This document shows positions 12,146-25,739 of a DNA stretch of 64,000 bases, piece by piece. Both the position numbers and the translations under genes were made by a program. Origin of the DNA: Takakia lepidozioides (taxonomy: Eukaryota > Plantae > Bryophyta); NCBI GenBank assembly GCA_030704615.1, contig CM060731.1, positions 64,356,001 to 64,420,000 on the forward strand, in the 5' to 3' direction. The number at the start of each line of letters is the position of its first letter. Position 1 is the first letter of the stretch. The notes under the pieces were generated by a model that saw only the letters and a list, made by a program, of their open reading frames with translations, ran no database searches and was not told the DNA's origin.

Positions 12146-13317
12146 GTTTGGTCTATCTCACTGTCTCTCTTCCTTTCAGCCCCAGTATTCTAAGCATCTA
12201 GAGTCCAAAACCAACCATGTGAGAATTGGGCGTGTTCACACCATTTAACACTTAGCTGAATGATTTGCTGTAGTCACGGTCAAGTCTATGGGCTACATGA
12301 ATGCTTTGCCTGTACCTTGGGACAAGAGAGCTGCTGGGGTTGAGTTTGCACCATACATCATGCGAACTGAGATGTGGGTCATGTAGTTCTTATACAACCA
12401 TGCCCATTATTTTCAGGCAAATTACAGGCATGTGATATGATAACAATTTGGTTCATGTAATTCCAATTGAAACAGGGACGCTGTCACTTTGCAGGCTGAC
12501 AATATGTTGACAGGGCGCTCCCAACTGTCGGGGTGGTTGGATGAGTCATATGTCGCATATGTTGACTTGGCAAGGGCACTGGATCTGGCAGTAATGGATA
12601 GCAGCAGCCTTATGCATGGGGGAATGCACTGTATTTTGACATGCTACCACCTTGAAATCACTGCTTCTGTATTTAAGGTTTGTCAAATAAACTGACTTCA
12701 CCTTTGAGGTCCTGATTCTGAACTGATGTTATGGAACTGGCGGACACCTGGCCTTTTGGGTTCTCAATAGTAGAGTTGCAGAACCCTAGATCCAGGCTGA
12801 GCCAAGAGTTAAATGGCATCAGAGTTGTTTCCTTGTAACGCTTACCATTTAGCCGTTTCATGCTGGATTATCAATGGAAACGGGTGTATTTTCATAGTTT
12901 CACTGGCCAACATGTCACATTAAGCGTAAAGCTGGGGATTTGACATTTGACCCCCGACAAGCTCCACTTTTGAGCTTCCTCGGCATCTCTTTGGGAGCTT
13001 GTGATTATTTGCTAGGTTTCTGTTTCCTTTCGAGGTTCCTTTTGATTTGAAAATGGAACACTCACACTTGCTTTTCACTTCTTCCCACAGTTGGTGTGAT
13101 AATTCTTGGGCCATTGTCTCCGACCTTGGCTTTCTGTTATGTGGCTGAGCCCTCACTGCACTGTGTTCATATCATTGCTTCTGTGGGTTTTAATCTTTGT
13201 CCCACCAATAATTCAAATAAAATCTCACCTTCCTGCTCTGCACCTTTTTTGCTTCAAAACAAGACCACAGTATGATGATAACTGCATTTTATCCTGAGGC
13301 ACATGAGATGGTCTCAG

Positions 13318-13343
13318 ATCATCATCATCATCATCATCATCAT
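13318..13343 (+). repeat. (ATC)n microsatellite
   Basis: About 8 tandem ATC units. Confidence 0.9.
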
Positions 13344-14847
13344 TTTTATTTTTTAAGAGTGAACGGAGACCAAAAAGGGGCCATAGAGAGGGCAATCTTT
13401 TGCCATGAAATAGGACTAGATCAAAAATTTATTGATTGATAATTTATTTACACTTGCGCTGAAGACACTGTGGAACACACAACACACATTCTACATACTT
13501 GAACAGTGCTCATTCTACATACCTGAACACTTCTCAGCAGTCTAATTCTTCTCATTAATGTAATGCACACACCAATCCTCCAAGCTCCTCCAATTAGAAA
13601 TGGAAGGCATTGCACCCGTGGAGTTTTCAGGACCTAATCCATTTCAGCTGTGTTTTCCCTTTGTAATCTAGTAGTTGGACAGAGTTTCCAAGTGGACTTT
13701 GTAAGACAAAAAGGAACAGTTAGCATGGACAACACCAAATTGCAATGCAGGAAGTGGAGCCTGTGGGTCCGGCCTCGGTGGAATCTACAGTGTCCACTAT
13801 ATAATCCATTTCTGTCTTGCACTTGCACTTTCCCTTCACACCTAATCTCCTACATTCCCACATATCCTTGGAAAGTCTCTCGAGTCTTTAGGGTTCCATC
13901 CAGAGTAGATCACAGAATAAACTGCAGTCCATTGCTACTGTAGCAATCACACCTGCAACGGATTCAGTGTTCAATGAACTTCTTACAGCGCTACATACTT
14001 ATTACTACATACCTCAGCCACGGAAGAATGGCACCTCAGCTTTGCGCGTGGAGGCGGTGAAGTGCGAAGCCGGTGCAAGCGAGGCATGGTGGTCCCGTCA
14101 CTGGGATATGCGAGTGACATCAGCGAGGTGTTGTGTCGAGCGGAGAGAGGGGGCATGGCCATGGCAGGCACATAATTGAAGAGTCAGAACATTTGGGAGG
14201 GGGTGCCTTCGCTGCAGAGCCCCACGCCCACACACACAGCAGCGGAGAGTAGACAAGGTGTACGTCGGGTGGGGACGCGGAATTCAAAATGCGGCTCTGC
14301 TGTTCAACCACTAGTGCGGCACCACGATGGGAGCTGGATTGGCTGTGGGTAGGGTAGGTGCCAGTACGTGGCAGCCAAGGATCTGTGCCAAGTCTTCAGA
14401 GCGCTGTTGCCTGGAAGAGTAATGCACCTACTTACACTCTCCTTCTGATCATTATTAAGCTGCTGCTTCGCCATCTCCTAACGCCTTTGTCGGGACTGCT
14501 GCCAGGATCCTGTCCTAGCTTTTCTTTTGGCTGTCAGGATCCTCTGCTTCTCTTGGATTTCGATCAGGATCACTTGGTACAGTTGGGTTTTCCAATGCAT
14601 AGCGCCCGTGCCGACCTTTGTGTCCACTGTCTCCTTTGAGTCTGTCCGCTTTCCAATCGCATTCCGAGGGAGTAGAGGAAGGAGAAGAAGATCCGTTGTG
14701 GGTTCTTCATCTATCTGAGGTGAGAGTTTGGAATGTGGGCTCGTACATGGGCGTGGGGAGTGCTGGTGAGGAGTGGGCAGTGCTGGTGCGTGTGATTTCT
14801 GATATTGGTCCCTGAATGTAGCATCTGAACCACGTTGAAAGGCGCTT

Positions 14848-17461
14848 ATGTGGGAGCCCATGGTGGGGCTAAGGCGAGCGCAATCTGGCGTCGGCGTTCT
14901 AGCTCTCGTCTGCCTTGTACTGCTTGCAGGTGAAGTGCGTCTACTCAGTGATTCGGTGGTTTCTTACAGCTCTCCATACTGTTCCGTTCCGGATTTTGGG
15001 GGAAAGCATTGTCCGAGTGATCTAGCTCCGCATTAGATGAGAGGAGAGATTTTCCTTTGCAATTGCTAGAGGCCGCAAACAAGCAATCTACCACATTTAG
15101 CGCTGCGGGTGTGTGTGTATTTTATTTGGTGATGGGACGTAGAATGGCCTTTTCAAACCTGACTCTAATAACCGGCAGAGTGATTTGCTGGTGACTCCAG
15201 GGGGGTGTGCTGAGGTAGTCGAAACGAGCTACATAGGGAGGCATGATGAGGAGAGCTTGCCAGCTCCTGTACAAGTGGTGGAGCTGCTTAAGGCACGGGG
15301 CATAAGGAAGGTCCACATCCACGACACTAATCCTACGGTGCTTCGAGCATTCGGCAATTCACATCTTGAGGTTATGGTGGGTGTCGCGAATGAAGATATG
15401 TTCGACATTGGCAAGTCAAATGCGAGCGCGCACAGATGGGTCGTAGAGAACATACTGCCGTATGTCGGTGCGACCAAAATTACTACCATAGCCGTGGGGA
15501 CGGACGTAATTACAAGTAGGAGAAACCTCTCACTCGTCCTGGTGCAGGCCATGAGGAACATTCATGCAGCTTTGGTGTCATCAAATTTGGACTCCCAAAT
15601 CAAAGTCTCCACCCCTAATTCAATGCAGGTGCTAGGAACTTCCTTTCCACCTTCTGCAGGAGCGTTTGATCAGAACCACGCCCAGACAATAATGCAGCCC
15701 CTTTTGCAGTTTCTTTCCGAAACGCAGGCACCTTTCATTCTCCATGTTTATCCATTCCATGCATATAAATTCGACAGACAGGCAGTGTCTCCTAACCATA
15801 GTTTGATTAGTCCGACTGTTGGATTTGACGATCCAGGGACAGGTTTGCATTATAGCGATCTGTTTGATGCCCAACTGGACTCCATCTTTACTGCCATGGC
15901 AGCTCTGAACCACAGTAACCTGTCTATTGTAGTGACTGAAACTAGGTGGTCTCCAGGGGGGCATCGTCACGAGGCAGAGTTGTCAGTCAGCGATGCGAAA
16001 GAGTACTCCACCAATGTGATGAAGCATGTATTCAGCAGAATTGGCACACCCCTAAAGCCTGGTGCAAAGATTGATACCTACTTTCTTGAACTCTTCAACC
16101 GAAACTTGAGATCCAAATCACCAGCGCACCAGAGAAATCTTGCAGAGTCTGTGGCTGGAACTCAGAAAGCTGCAGGCTATGTCTGGTGTGTTGCTCAGCA
16201 GAGTGCAGACACTTATTCTCTCCAAAACTCTCTGAACTGGGCCTGCAATTCTGAAGGAGGAGCTGTCAACTGTGGAGCCATACAGCCAGGTGGACTTTGC
16301 TACCTGCCCAATTCTCTGCAAAGGCATGCTTCATGGGCCTTCAATAGCTACTACCACAGCCATGGAGCAACTTCTGACAGCTGCAATTTTGACAACACTG
16401 CCACCACCACTACAAGTGACCCAAGTAGGATTCTTTGTGCCCTCAGCCCTCTCCCCAAAAATAAAATAGTAGAAAACCTCCATCTCTCCTTCTCGCTCTT
16501 TCTCTTTACATGTCTTTACTTCTTTCTTTTCTGCCCCTTCACCACAAAATAACCTCCTGGCTTTCCCTCCACTCAGGTGGTAGTCCGATTTATCCTGAAG
16601 GTTGTGTGACGGTCAGGAATGCAGAGCCAGTAGATGGTGCCTTTATTCCTCTGCCCTCAATGATACAGAATATGAGTGATACCTGATGCTTTGATTTACT
16701 TTGATTCCTAGTTGGGTTTCCAAATCTCAAATAGCAGGTGTCCAAGTGCGATTCTTCAAATGGGGCACATGGCTAGGAGGGATGGGTTTACCGCCAACCC
16801 CACAAGAAGCTAATTGCCAACAGTACTTGACACGATTAAATAGTCTATGTGTCAATAAATGAATGATACATGGCATTTGGCTAGGTAGAGGATCCAAATT
16901 TTACAGGTGCTGATGCAGTGGGTTGCCCTTGGGAGAACTAGTAGCTGTATAGCAGACTCAGACAAATTCAGTGTCAGGACATAGTCTAGTTTGGAAGTGG
17001 CATCCTCCTTGTTCATTGATGTCTTGAGTGTATCTGTCATGGCAAATTGAACAGAGTAAGGATCTGAAAGGGCTTGTGAGACAGGTTTTGTCAAAGGAAT
17101 CGACAGTTCTTTACTTTTTCACTGCCTGTGTATAGGTACTCTCGTGTGTCTGTACCAGGGCACTACAAGGTACTTCACTCTCCCAGCCATTCTCATTGTC
17201 ACCTTCAAGTGGATATTATTTGTCACTTCTATGCCTGGTTGTATTTGCGTACACATATTTCTGTGTGAATGTGTGTGGCTGTGTCTGTGTAAAAGAAGCA
17301 AGAGTGATGTATGCACTAGACTTAGGTTGCCATTGTCTTGTAGCCATAGACCCTGCGCCCATTTTGAACAGAGCAGAAAAGAGAGGAAGGGAAGAGGACA
17401 CAAGGAGATCAGATGGCCCACTACCATCATGGAACCGCTTGATCCAGTAGGGGACCTTTAA
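14848..17461 (+). CDS. GH17 beta-1,3-glucanase-like protein with C-terminal X8 (CBM43) domain
   Basis: Exons 14848-14929 (signal peptide), 15201-16424 and 17136-? with compatible phases. Motifs IKVSTP, SFPPSAGAF, YSDLFDAQLD; X8 WCVA...LNWAC...CYLPN...SCNF. 3' end uncertain. Confidence 0.85.
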
Positions 17462-20400
17462 AAGTGCAGTTTCCAGTTACCAAAGCACCAACTTATGACC
17501 CCATAATTCAAAGGACGAGCAGTGTTGGCAGGAGTTTATCCAACTGAGTGAAAAGACGTGCTGTGATGTCAGGCCCATACTTTCTGCAATCACCAGGGCA
17601 GGGACGGTAGTATCACGTACCCTGGTAACCAGAGCCTCCAGCTTCCAGATCTTTAAAGACCTAAATTAGAAACACATCAAGGGGGTTGGGTGAGCTGCTA
17701 CTCCCTGATGTATTTGGGAATTGACTCATTCTTTTTAATGCTTTCCTTTTGAAGCTGGGGCAGTTTTTAGCTCCTTAGGTCATCAATTTCCTGCCCTCCT
17801 GAGAGAGAGAGAGAGGATGTACTCATAAGATGATGTTGTTTGCTGTGGCCATAGACCCCGTGCCCAGTTTGGATGGAAAATTATGGAATAGGCACTCAGT
17901 GGTCAGTGCAGGCTGATGCTGAACCATGCTTGTTCCTCACCAAATCAATGCACCGTCGAGATTAAAAAGGGATATCTCAATAGCACAAGACGGAATTCTA
18001 CAGTAATCACCCACATTAAGCTTGTATGCTCTGATGTTTCTGAACACTCACCCAGCAATGGAACTGCAACAGGAATTCTGCAGGACTGATGCGCGCCCAA
18101 TGTCTATCAACACTTGGGATCTCTTTTGTCACGGCCATTATTACATACTTCTTATCATGACAAACTCCTTAGAATTTCCGTAAAATGACAGACCACTCTT
18201 CAACAACTGCAGGGAGTCAGCTTGCAGCCTTTAGTACCTGTGCGCAAGTCTGTTATCTCTGGTAGATGTATTTTAAAATCACCTCACAACAGTTTTGATA
18301 CTCAAACTTCACAGTTCGAGGAGGGAGCATTATTTCTGTTACGCCCTCACCACAGGGAGCTGATAGGTTGTGGGTGGAATTTAGATTGCAGAATCAATAA
18401 TGAGGAGTCAATGGTAGGTACCTCTACTACAGGTTAGATGTAAAAAGCATATGACCTTGTACCGATTGGTTTTCCTCCCTGTTTATTTTGACAGCCTTAG
18501 TTTCTTGAGGCATATCAATCAGGGCACTCCTTGTTCAGGCAGCCCTGCTTTTATGTCAAGCAGGGCATCCCACATCCATTGAAGTAGGTTAGTGTGTCAC
18601 TGGGTTGATGGCTTTGTCTCAGCTGGTCTCATGGAAGACAAATAAGAAGTGTGTTGCAGGCCTGGACAATACAGACCCGACCTTGTTTTTGCAACCAAAT
18701 CTAAGTGCAACATTTGGATTGTTTGCATCTCTGGTCACAGAATGGCATACTTTGTCAATGCTTCCACATAGCTCTATGCTACTTAATTTGTGTGTATGGT
18801 GTTTACCTGATGCATAGACCTCGACGACAATAGGTCACTTGGTCTTCATAGAAGTACCATTGTGTTAGAGAGAGAGAAGACTCCGGCTGAAGAGTCGCTT
18901 CCTCCAGTAAACTTGGGTACTGCCTCTGTCGGGGATCACCATAGTATTATCTATATATGTATACATATATATATCACATTCTGTGCCACGAGGTTGAACC
19001 TCCCCTTCTTAGTACTGAACTCATTTAGACTAGACCCTGTAAGTTGACAAGCTATAAGAAGTGGCCTGATTACACTTTACATTCAATGTCCAGGTCAGTA
19101 ACAAACCGGTCATGTTATGATTGAATTGGTGACCACTTTGAATCTATTTCAGGGCATTCTAGAATTTTGGTTTAAGGTTATATTTTGAAGCTTGCCTGCC
19201 AGACTTAACAGCTATGAGCAACAGTACAAGGTTGTGCAGCACAAGTAAACCTGTATTAGTTGTTGATACAGAGTAAGTGATGTAGTAATATAAGATCTGG
19301 GACGAGTAGACACTCAGGAGGTTTGGTCTAAGCAAATGATCACTTTTGGCTTGGGTATGAAGCTTGAGCACATTTCTGACCGTAGTAATCCAACTTGTAC
19401 CAAACACTGTTTGAATCTACTAATTATGTTTGATGCTTAGTTTGGCTACTTCAAATTGAGGAGTGGGTTGCTCTTTGGGGCAATCCAGACCCCTTGCGTG
19501 ATGCCTTGCGCGTTGGAGTAACCGGTGGCCTGGTAGAAGCAGAATGGAAAGATGAGATCAGCACACTTAAAACACACAAACTTTTGTGCCTTGACTGATG
19601 CTAACGTGCTGCACAAGCTATTGATGTGCTCTTAGACATGTCTAGTTCATTTCTTTCTGGGGTCTAGTAGGTGAGTGTAAGATGTTTCATAGGCTTCCAT
19701 GAAGTGATTGGAAAAGTTTAAAGATCCTTGCTAGGGCTGTATTGCAGACCTGGAAATTGTGCCTAAAACATGAGGATTATATGTCATTTCAAATTTCCAT
19801 GTAAAACTGATGAGGATTTGCACCTACAGAAATAAAGATCGAAACCGTGTCAACCGTGCACCTGGGCATGCCATCTGCACCACCCACAGTCCCGAAACAG
19901 GTGAGTCCTGGTGGGCAGGAAACACAGGTGGATCTAGCGTGGATGGGGTAAACACCTTTGAATATGAATGCATTGAGCAGTTCTTTTCCTTCAGGAAGAT
20001 GAATGGCTTTCTGTGGCACGACTTGACATTGAGCATATACAAAACATCCAACATGATATGCAGGCACTCCTAACAAACACTTCACCAATGATCAATTGTG
20101 GTTGTAAGTCATCACTCGTCAAGGGCTTATGTCCAGCAGTTAATGTTCAGGATGGGCGTGTACGATCTGTTAGAAAAGTTTGCTGGGTGGTAGACTCTAT
20201 CAGCTGTCACAGCTAACACAGAGTCTGCTCAAGCTTCAAGGTAAGGATGTTCTGCAATACCTTGACGATAGATTTGTAAATGGGTGGGGAAAATTCCATG
20301 CGAAACAAGGGAGTTTAAAGAAGAAATACAAGCCAGCATCAAAGCTGAGTTGAATTTAAGCATGCCATGAAGTGGCGATGTTGGATCCATGGCAACTACC

Positions 20401-20820
20401 TGGGAAGTAGAGCCCCCATCCTCCATCTTGTCAACCATGCTTGTAATTAGCAATGATGTCAAAACTCAATTGAAGAGGATTGAAGGAAATCTCTAATGAC
20501 ATTGAATCTCACATCAGCAAAACAATAGTAATACTGATCACACGTCTTTTCTACTGTAAGATGTCATCTATACAATTGCATCGTGAATGTATGTGGTATC
20601 TCTCCAGAATCGATTGGGAAAAGACTCTGGGCCTTACTAAGAAAATTGGGGGTTTTCATCCCATCTCAACTGTTTTCTAGTTTAAAACAACCGTGGAGGC
20701 CCACTACTGCAGACAGCTCTTCCCCCAGGTGAATTTCTTTGACTTCAAACCCCAAGAGTAAGGTGTGTGTGTGTGTAAACGTTTGACGCAATTGTTTCAA
20801 ACAGATGGTGCAAGCATTCC

Positions 20821-21469
20821 TCACCAGTCATGATCAGGTAATTGCTCAAACCCAAGTCCTTTGGGTGGCTCGCAGATATTGACTTCGATCCCAGTGACCC
20901 GGGCCTGCATTGGCCCAGTTTTGCATTTTTCGAGCATGGTATCCACAGCAGCAGGCTTGCCTGAGAACAGAGCCTCCACGGTTCCATCTTTGCAGTTTCG
21001 AACCCAGCCATTGATGGTCATCCTCTTGGCATTTTCCACTGTCCATTTGCGATAGTAAACTCCTTGCACTTTGCCACTAACTCTGACGTTCACCTGTTCA
21101 CAGTTTTCAAAGGGAACAACAACACTTTACAATCCTAAAAGTAGTGCTGGGGATGGTTTGTAAAAAGGAGTTCAAAGCGCAGCTCCTAGATAATTATGCT
21201 TGCCAGAGGCTCGTGGTTTGAAGCCCATAGAACCCAAAGGTGGGCGCGAAGAGGCGAACACTGTTATGCGTTCAGCATGCCGGCCGACTCTAGGAATGGT
21301 GGTGAAAATTAAAAAAAAAAGAAAAGAACAGGCGAAGTACTAGGACCAAGACTAATTCGCTACACGAAGGCAGAGCGCCTGGTTAAGGTAAATGCTAAGA
21401 AAGAATAAGGACAAGAGCGCTCACTGATTTGACGGGATTCCCGTGAGGATTATTGGTCGCCCCAGACAT
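20821..21469 (-). CDS. Acylphosphatase
   Basis: Exon 1 21469-21425 (MSGATNNPHGNPVKS, donor GTGAG), exon 2 21093-20821 with the VSGKVQGVYYR and GWVRN signatures. Confidence 0.92.
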
Positions 21470-21860
21470 AGATGCTCTCCGAAATGAATGTTCTCGGGCG
21501 TCCTTCTGCTTCCCCTCCCTGAAATCATCATTCTTACCTTGTATAGCATGGAAATGTGTACACATATGCGAGCACATCGTGTAGATCTGCTCATCCCCCA
21601 ATATGCTGCTGCACAGGATCAGAATCTGAGAGGAACACGGTAGTGCGCAAGAGAGAGAGGAGATGTCCAGAGGTGGTTGCTAGTTCATAATCCGCTCGTT
21701 TCAACTACCTAACCAATTTTTGTGGGGTACGTGCTCATCCAAAAAATTCTGACATTGCGAACGGGTACCCAAATATCCCAGCAAGGAGCCTAACCGATCG
21801 CAGCGTTCCATCTCAACATAACTTTTTGTGAGCCTAAACATGAAATGGTGTCGAAAGGGT

Positions 21861-21944
21861 CCTTTTCATCACATACATCTGATGAGTTGAATGAAATGAA
21901 ATGGTACTGTATGAGAAGACAAGCACCAGAAGCATTCATTTCAC
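21861..21944 (+). repeat. About 85-bp unit X, copy 1, left flank of element A
   Basis: Near-perfect reverse complement of 39865-39949. Confidence 0.92.
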
Positions 21945-22402
21945 CTGGAGCCTGTAAAGCCCCATATTTGCTCAGCCGGAAAATAGCCCGTTTCATCCAA
22001 AACGGCCATAGTATATTTTTTTTTGGCGTATGAAGCCGTTAAACCATTACAATGATGTCTAGGTTAGGGTTAGTTTAGGCTGGTGGCTCGATCCTGGCCC
22101 TTCATCAGATATAGGGCTAAAAAGTAGCACCGTGGGCTTTGGCCTATGATGCCTCGCCACGCGGTGGGCCACTATGGTTAGGGCTTCTGTATAAAGACGA
22201 CGCCCTGACACAAGGTCAGGGCGGTGTACTTGGGTGTTAGTGTATATGTCATTTTTGGTGTATAAGCTTTGGATGAGAGCTGCTTAGTGCTGGATTCGTG
22301 TTTAATCCTCTTCTCGCGCGTTGTTTGCTCTTTCCGCTCGCCCCTTTGTTGTGCAACCTCGCTTCTTGAGAGGAAAGAAGTATATGCTTCAGGCTTGTTT
22401 TA

Positions 22403-22420
22403 TGGTGGAGACGTCGGGTA
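22403..22420 (+). promoter_or_regulatory. Primer binding site of element A (tRNA-Ala-like)
   Basis: TGGTGGAGACGTCGGG directly follows the point where homology to the 3' repeat ends; complementary to a ...TCTCCACCA tRNA 3' end. Confidence 0.7.
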
Positions 22421-22602
22421 CCCTAGGCGTGGTGGATCCTGCCCGCACTGTCAGGATCAGTCAGGTCTTTTCGCAGGATCTGCTCTACATCCTGCTGCCT
22501 AAGTGGTTCGCTAATGCTTGTTATCGATGGTGGCTCCTCACTTTGCCATATTTTCTCCCACTGCTGCGATTTTGCCGTCTCACGATGTGCGTTGGGGTGT
22601 GA

Positions 22603-23730
22603 TTGCAGGGGATGGCTGCCGTTCGTGACTTGTCTTGTGTAGCTCGCAGAGAGGGGAACAACCTATTTCTTCAGATTAGCGTGGCACTTGCTATCGAAGC
22701 TAATCCTAGTGTAGAGGCTGACCCTGCTGCCGCTTCTCATTCTGTTGGTGTTGTTGTTGTTGCTCCTCCCGTTGTTTCTCACCCTGCTGACATTCTTGCT
22801 GTTACTAACACTACTAACGGCGCGCAGTCTGGCAGTGTTGTCTTGCCAGCGTCACCACTTCCTGAGCCTGCTGCTTGCGTTGCAGCCCTTGTTGTTTCAT
22901 TGGGTTCTCCTGGTGGTAGTGATTATGACAATCTGGGGGAGGCAGAGGCGTGGTCACCAAGGTTTGAGAAGTCTGATAGCTCTCTAGATAGCTGTGACCC
23001 GGAATACTATAATTTTGACAACTTTATGGATCCAGGCCCTGAATATTTCGAAAGTAGGCAGCAAGCCGCAGAGTTGGAGAGAGATATTGAGTTGTCGCAG
23101 GAAAAAGATGGTCTGTTGTGTGAGATATGTGACGAAGATCAGCTTTGGTTTGAGAGTGTAGAGAGAGCTGTTGTAGGTGATCTTGCTGCACTAACCAGTC
23201 ATCACGAGGCCCTGTTTACGCGACCTTTGCTTGAGCCTGGTGCGGTGGTATCCAGAGCCAGACAGCTTGCTAAGCGCAAATTTGAACTACGCAACGAAGA
23301 GCGTCTACCGTCCAGGACGATCAAGTCGCGTTTTCTGAACCATCGTGAATTGACCTGGTTTGTATCTACCTCTTTCTGGTGTTCGAAGTGCGAAGCTTCA
23401 TCATGGCCCTGGTGTGGTAGGGCGAAGTTGGTTGTCGTTAATGTTACAAGGCACGGGGGCTTTGATCTTGAGGGCACTACGGTTTCAGCTCCGGCCCTGC
23501 GCCTTGGCACCTACTTATTCACAGTTAATTGATGGTACGAAGGGTGGGGCCTTGATAGTGCAGTCGTTTGATCTAGTGGTCTTGGGTGTGGGTACTACCT
23601 TTGCTTCACAGCGAGTGGTTTTGCGTTTGAGAGATTGAGTGACTGTTCAAACTCGACTGTGCTTTCGCGCCGCGTTGGTTTTTGGCTTAAAGGAGCTGAC
23701 GGTTGGGAGTGGCTGGCGTTGGGGGTCTAA
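22603..23730 (+). pseudogene. Extra ORF upstream of gag in element A, unknown function
   Basis: 309-aa open stretch that continues in frame through two TGA codons to TAA near 23730; acidic region and CxxC pairs. Confidence 0.55.
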
Positions 23731-25739
23731 AAGTTATAATCACACAAGGTGCTGAGGGTGGTGTATTGTTCCACTTGGGTTCCAGAAGACAGCTCGCCAA
23801 GTGCTCGGCCCACGCTCCATATCTCTGCTGCTTAAAGGTTATGCCTCCAATCCAACCTCGTTTCTTGTATGCTAGGTGATTCTACTTGGTTGAGATCCGG
23901 AAGACAGAGGTCCATGAATAATTCAGGAGAGCCGCCGGCCAAAAATGTAGTGGAAGTGAAGGAGGGATCGGACAACCTGCAGGCAGGTAATTTCATGGTG
24001 AGTGATGATGAATTTTTGAATGTTGGGACGATGGGAGCAGTTGTAGAGTCCCCAACTGGTATCACATTGGTTGATGAGGGGTCTGGGATAGCCACTCTCG
24101 AGGGCCTTGCTGTTTATAATCGGCGTGATGAGGCCTTGATGGCTAGACGGACCGAGCCTACGCTGGCTCAGGAATTAAACGGTCTGCCCTCCCATCCTAT
24201 TCATGTCTAGGGGATCGAAGGGTCTGGTTTGGATGTCTAGGCTACTACGAGCAGTATGCCGGCCCAGGTTGCTAACTTGAGTCCTAGTGTGCTGCCTGTT
24301 GTGAATTTCCCTATTCTCACTCTCGGGGGAGGGAACTTGTTGCCTGTAAATTCGGGTATGCATATGGGAAGTCTTCCTGTGTTGAACGTGCATGGTGTTG
24401 TTCAAGGTGGGGGTGTCATGATGCAAGGGCCCTCTGGTGTGTCTGCTGCTCCAACTCCTGCCATCGCTGGCCAACCAGTGGGGGCTCTCCATGCTCCACA
24501 GGCTGGGGTGCCACCACATCTTGTCTCTAGCCAGTCCGTGGGCATGCATGCTCAATATCCCTCTTAGCAGTATAAGATCTGTGTCAACACAACCGGTGGG
24601 AGTGGCATCCACTCTTCCCATGAGTGGAATGCTACAAACCCACTTACAGTTTACTAATCCTGCTGCTCAGCCAAGTGTGGCAATACCTGCTCTCCCCATG
24701 GCAACGGTGGCGTCATCTTTGTCAGCTTCAACTGCTACAGGATCAGCCAGCAAAAATAGTATGAGTTGTAATTATGCATCTAATGTTGGATATGTGCATG
24801 GTAGTACTGCTCCCATAGTTCCCTGTTGCCCTGTTCATGGGTCTGTCTTCCCTGGTCACATCAACCATAGCCTGCCTTATCATCTGATTCCCAGCTGACC
24901 ACTCAACCTTACCTAGAATATACCATGGGAGAAGACTTTGATAGATATCTTCAGATGTTTGAGGTCATTGCTAGTGTCAATGGAGTGCCTGAGAATTTCA
25001 AGATGGCGATTTTTAGGATGAGCTTGAAGGGACTAGCTCGTGACTTACTGCATGCAGTCGTCATGGATGATCCCAGCCTCAACTGGACCACTCTGGTGGA
25101 ATGGGCAAAGACCTTGTTCAAACCTCCCGAGAGGCCTTTGGATTGCTTTGCAAAGCTTTCGGCCAGGACTTACCAACTTGGGGAATCCTTGTGGAAGTAT
25201 TACATGGATCTTAAATTTGCTGCTGTTGAAATTATCGTAGACCCGGCAGAGAGAGATCGTATGGTTAAAAGGTATTTTCTCCTTGGGTTGCCTTCCACTA
25301 TTCAGAATTGGGCTCAGCGACGTCATTTTGTCAATGACAAGACTATGTTAGCAGAAATTAATCTTAAAATGGCTGACTTGGCTGACAGCAAATCAATGCA
25401 ACATCATGCCAAGTTTCAAGCCCTGGGCTCAGAGCTTGGCATGTCTGCAACATCCTCACCCTATGTTCCTCCTGCTATGACATACAAAGCTAATGATTTT
25501 ACTCTTCAGGGATTGGCTAATACTGTGGGAAGTCTTAGTGAGTCTGTGACCACTCAGTTTGCCACCATGCAGGCTCATCAACAGAGGTGACAGCCTCGAC
25601 ATGGCCAAGGAACAACATGGGGTAACAATAGAGATCAAACCCAGACTGGACAAGCCTATGAGGGCAATCGTTCTGCCTGTTACATTTGTGGGTCCTTTGA
25701 ACACTAGACAAAGCATTGTCCAAACAGAGCAGGGCTACC

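Noticed and set aside
19900-20700. Possible highly decayed PPR remnant on the minus strand
   Set aside because: Only vague similarity (LACISSL...HLQIYRQGI); no full motif could be supported.
21850-21905. CGAAA...CTGATGA...GAAA resembling a hammerhead ribozyme core, and GTGATGA resembling a snoRNA C box
   Set aside because: Stems I and II cannot be formed convincingly, and no suitably placed D box was found.
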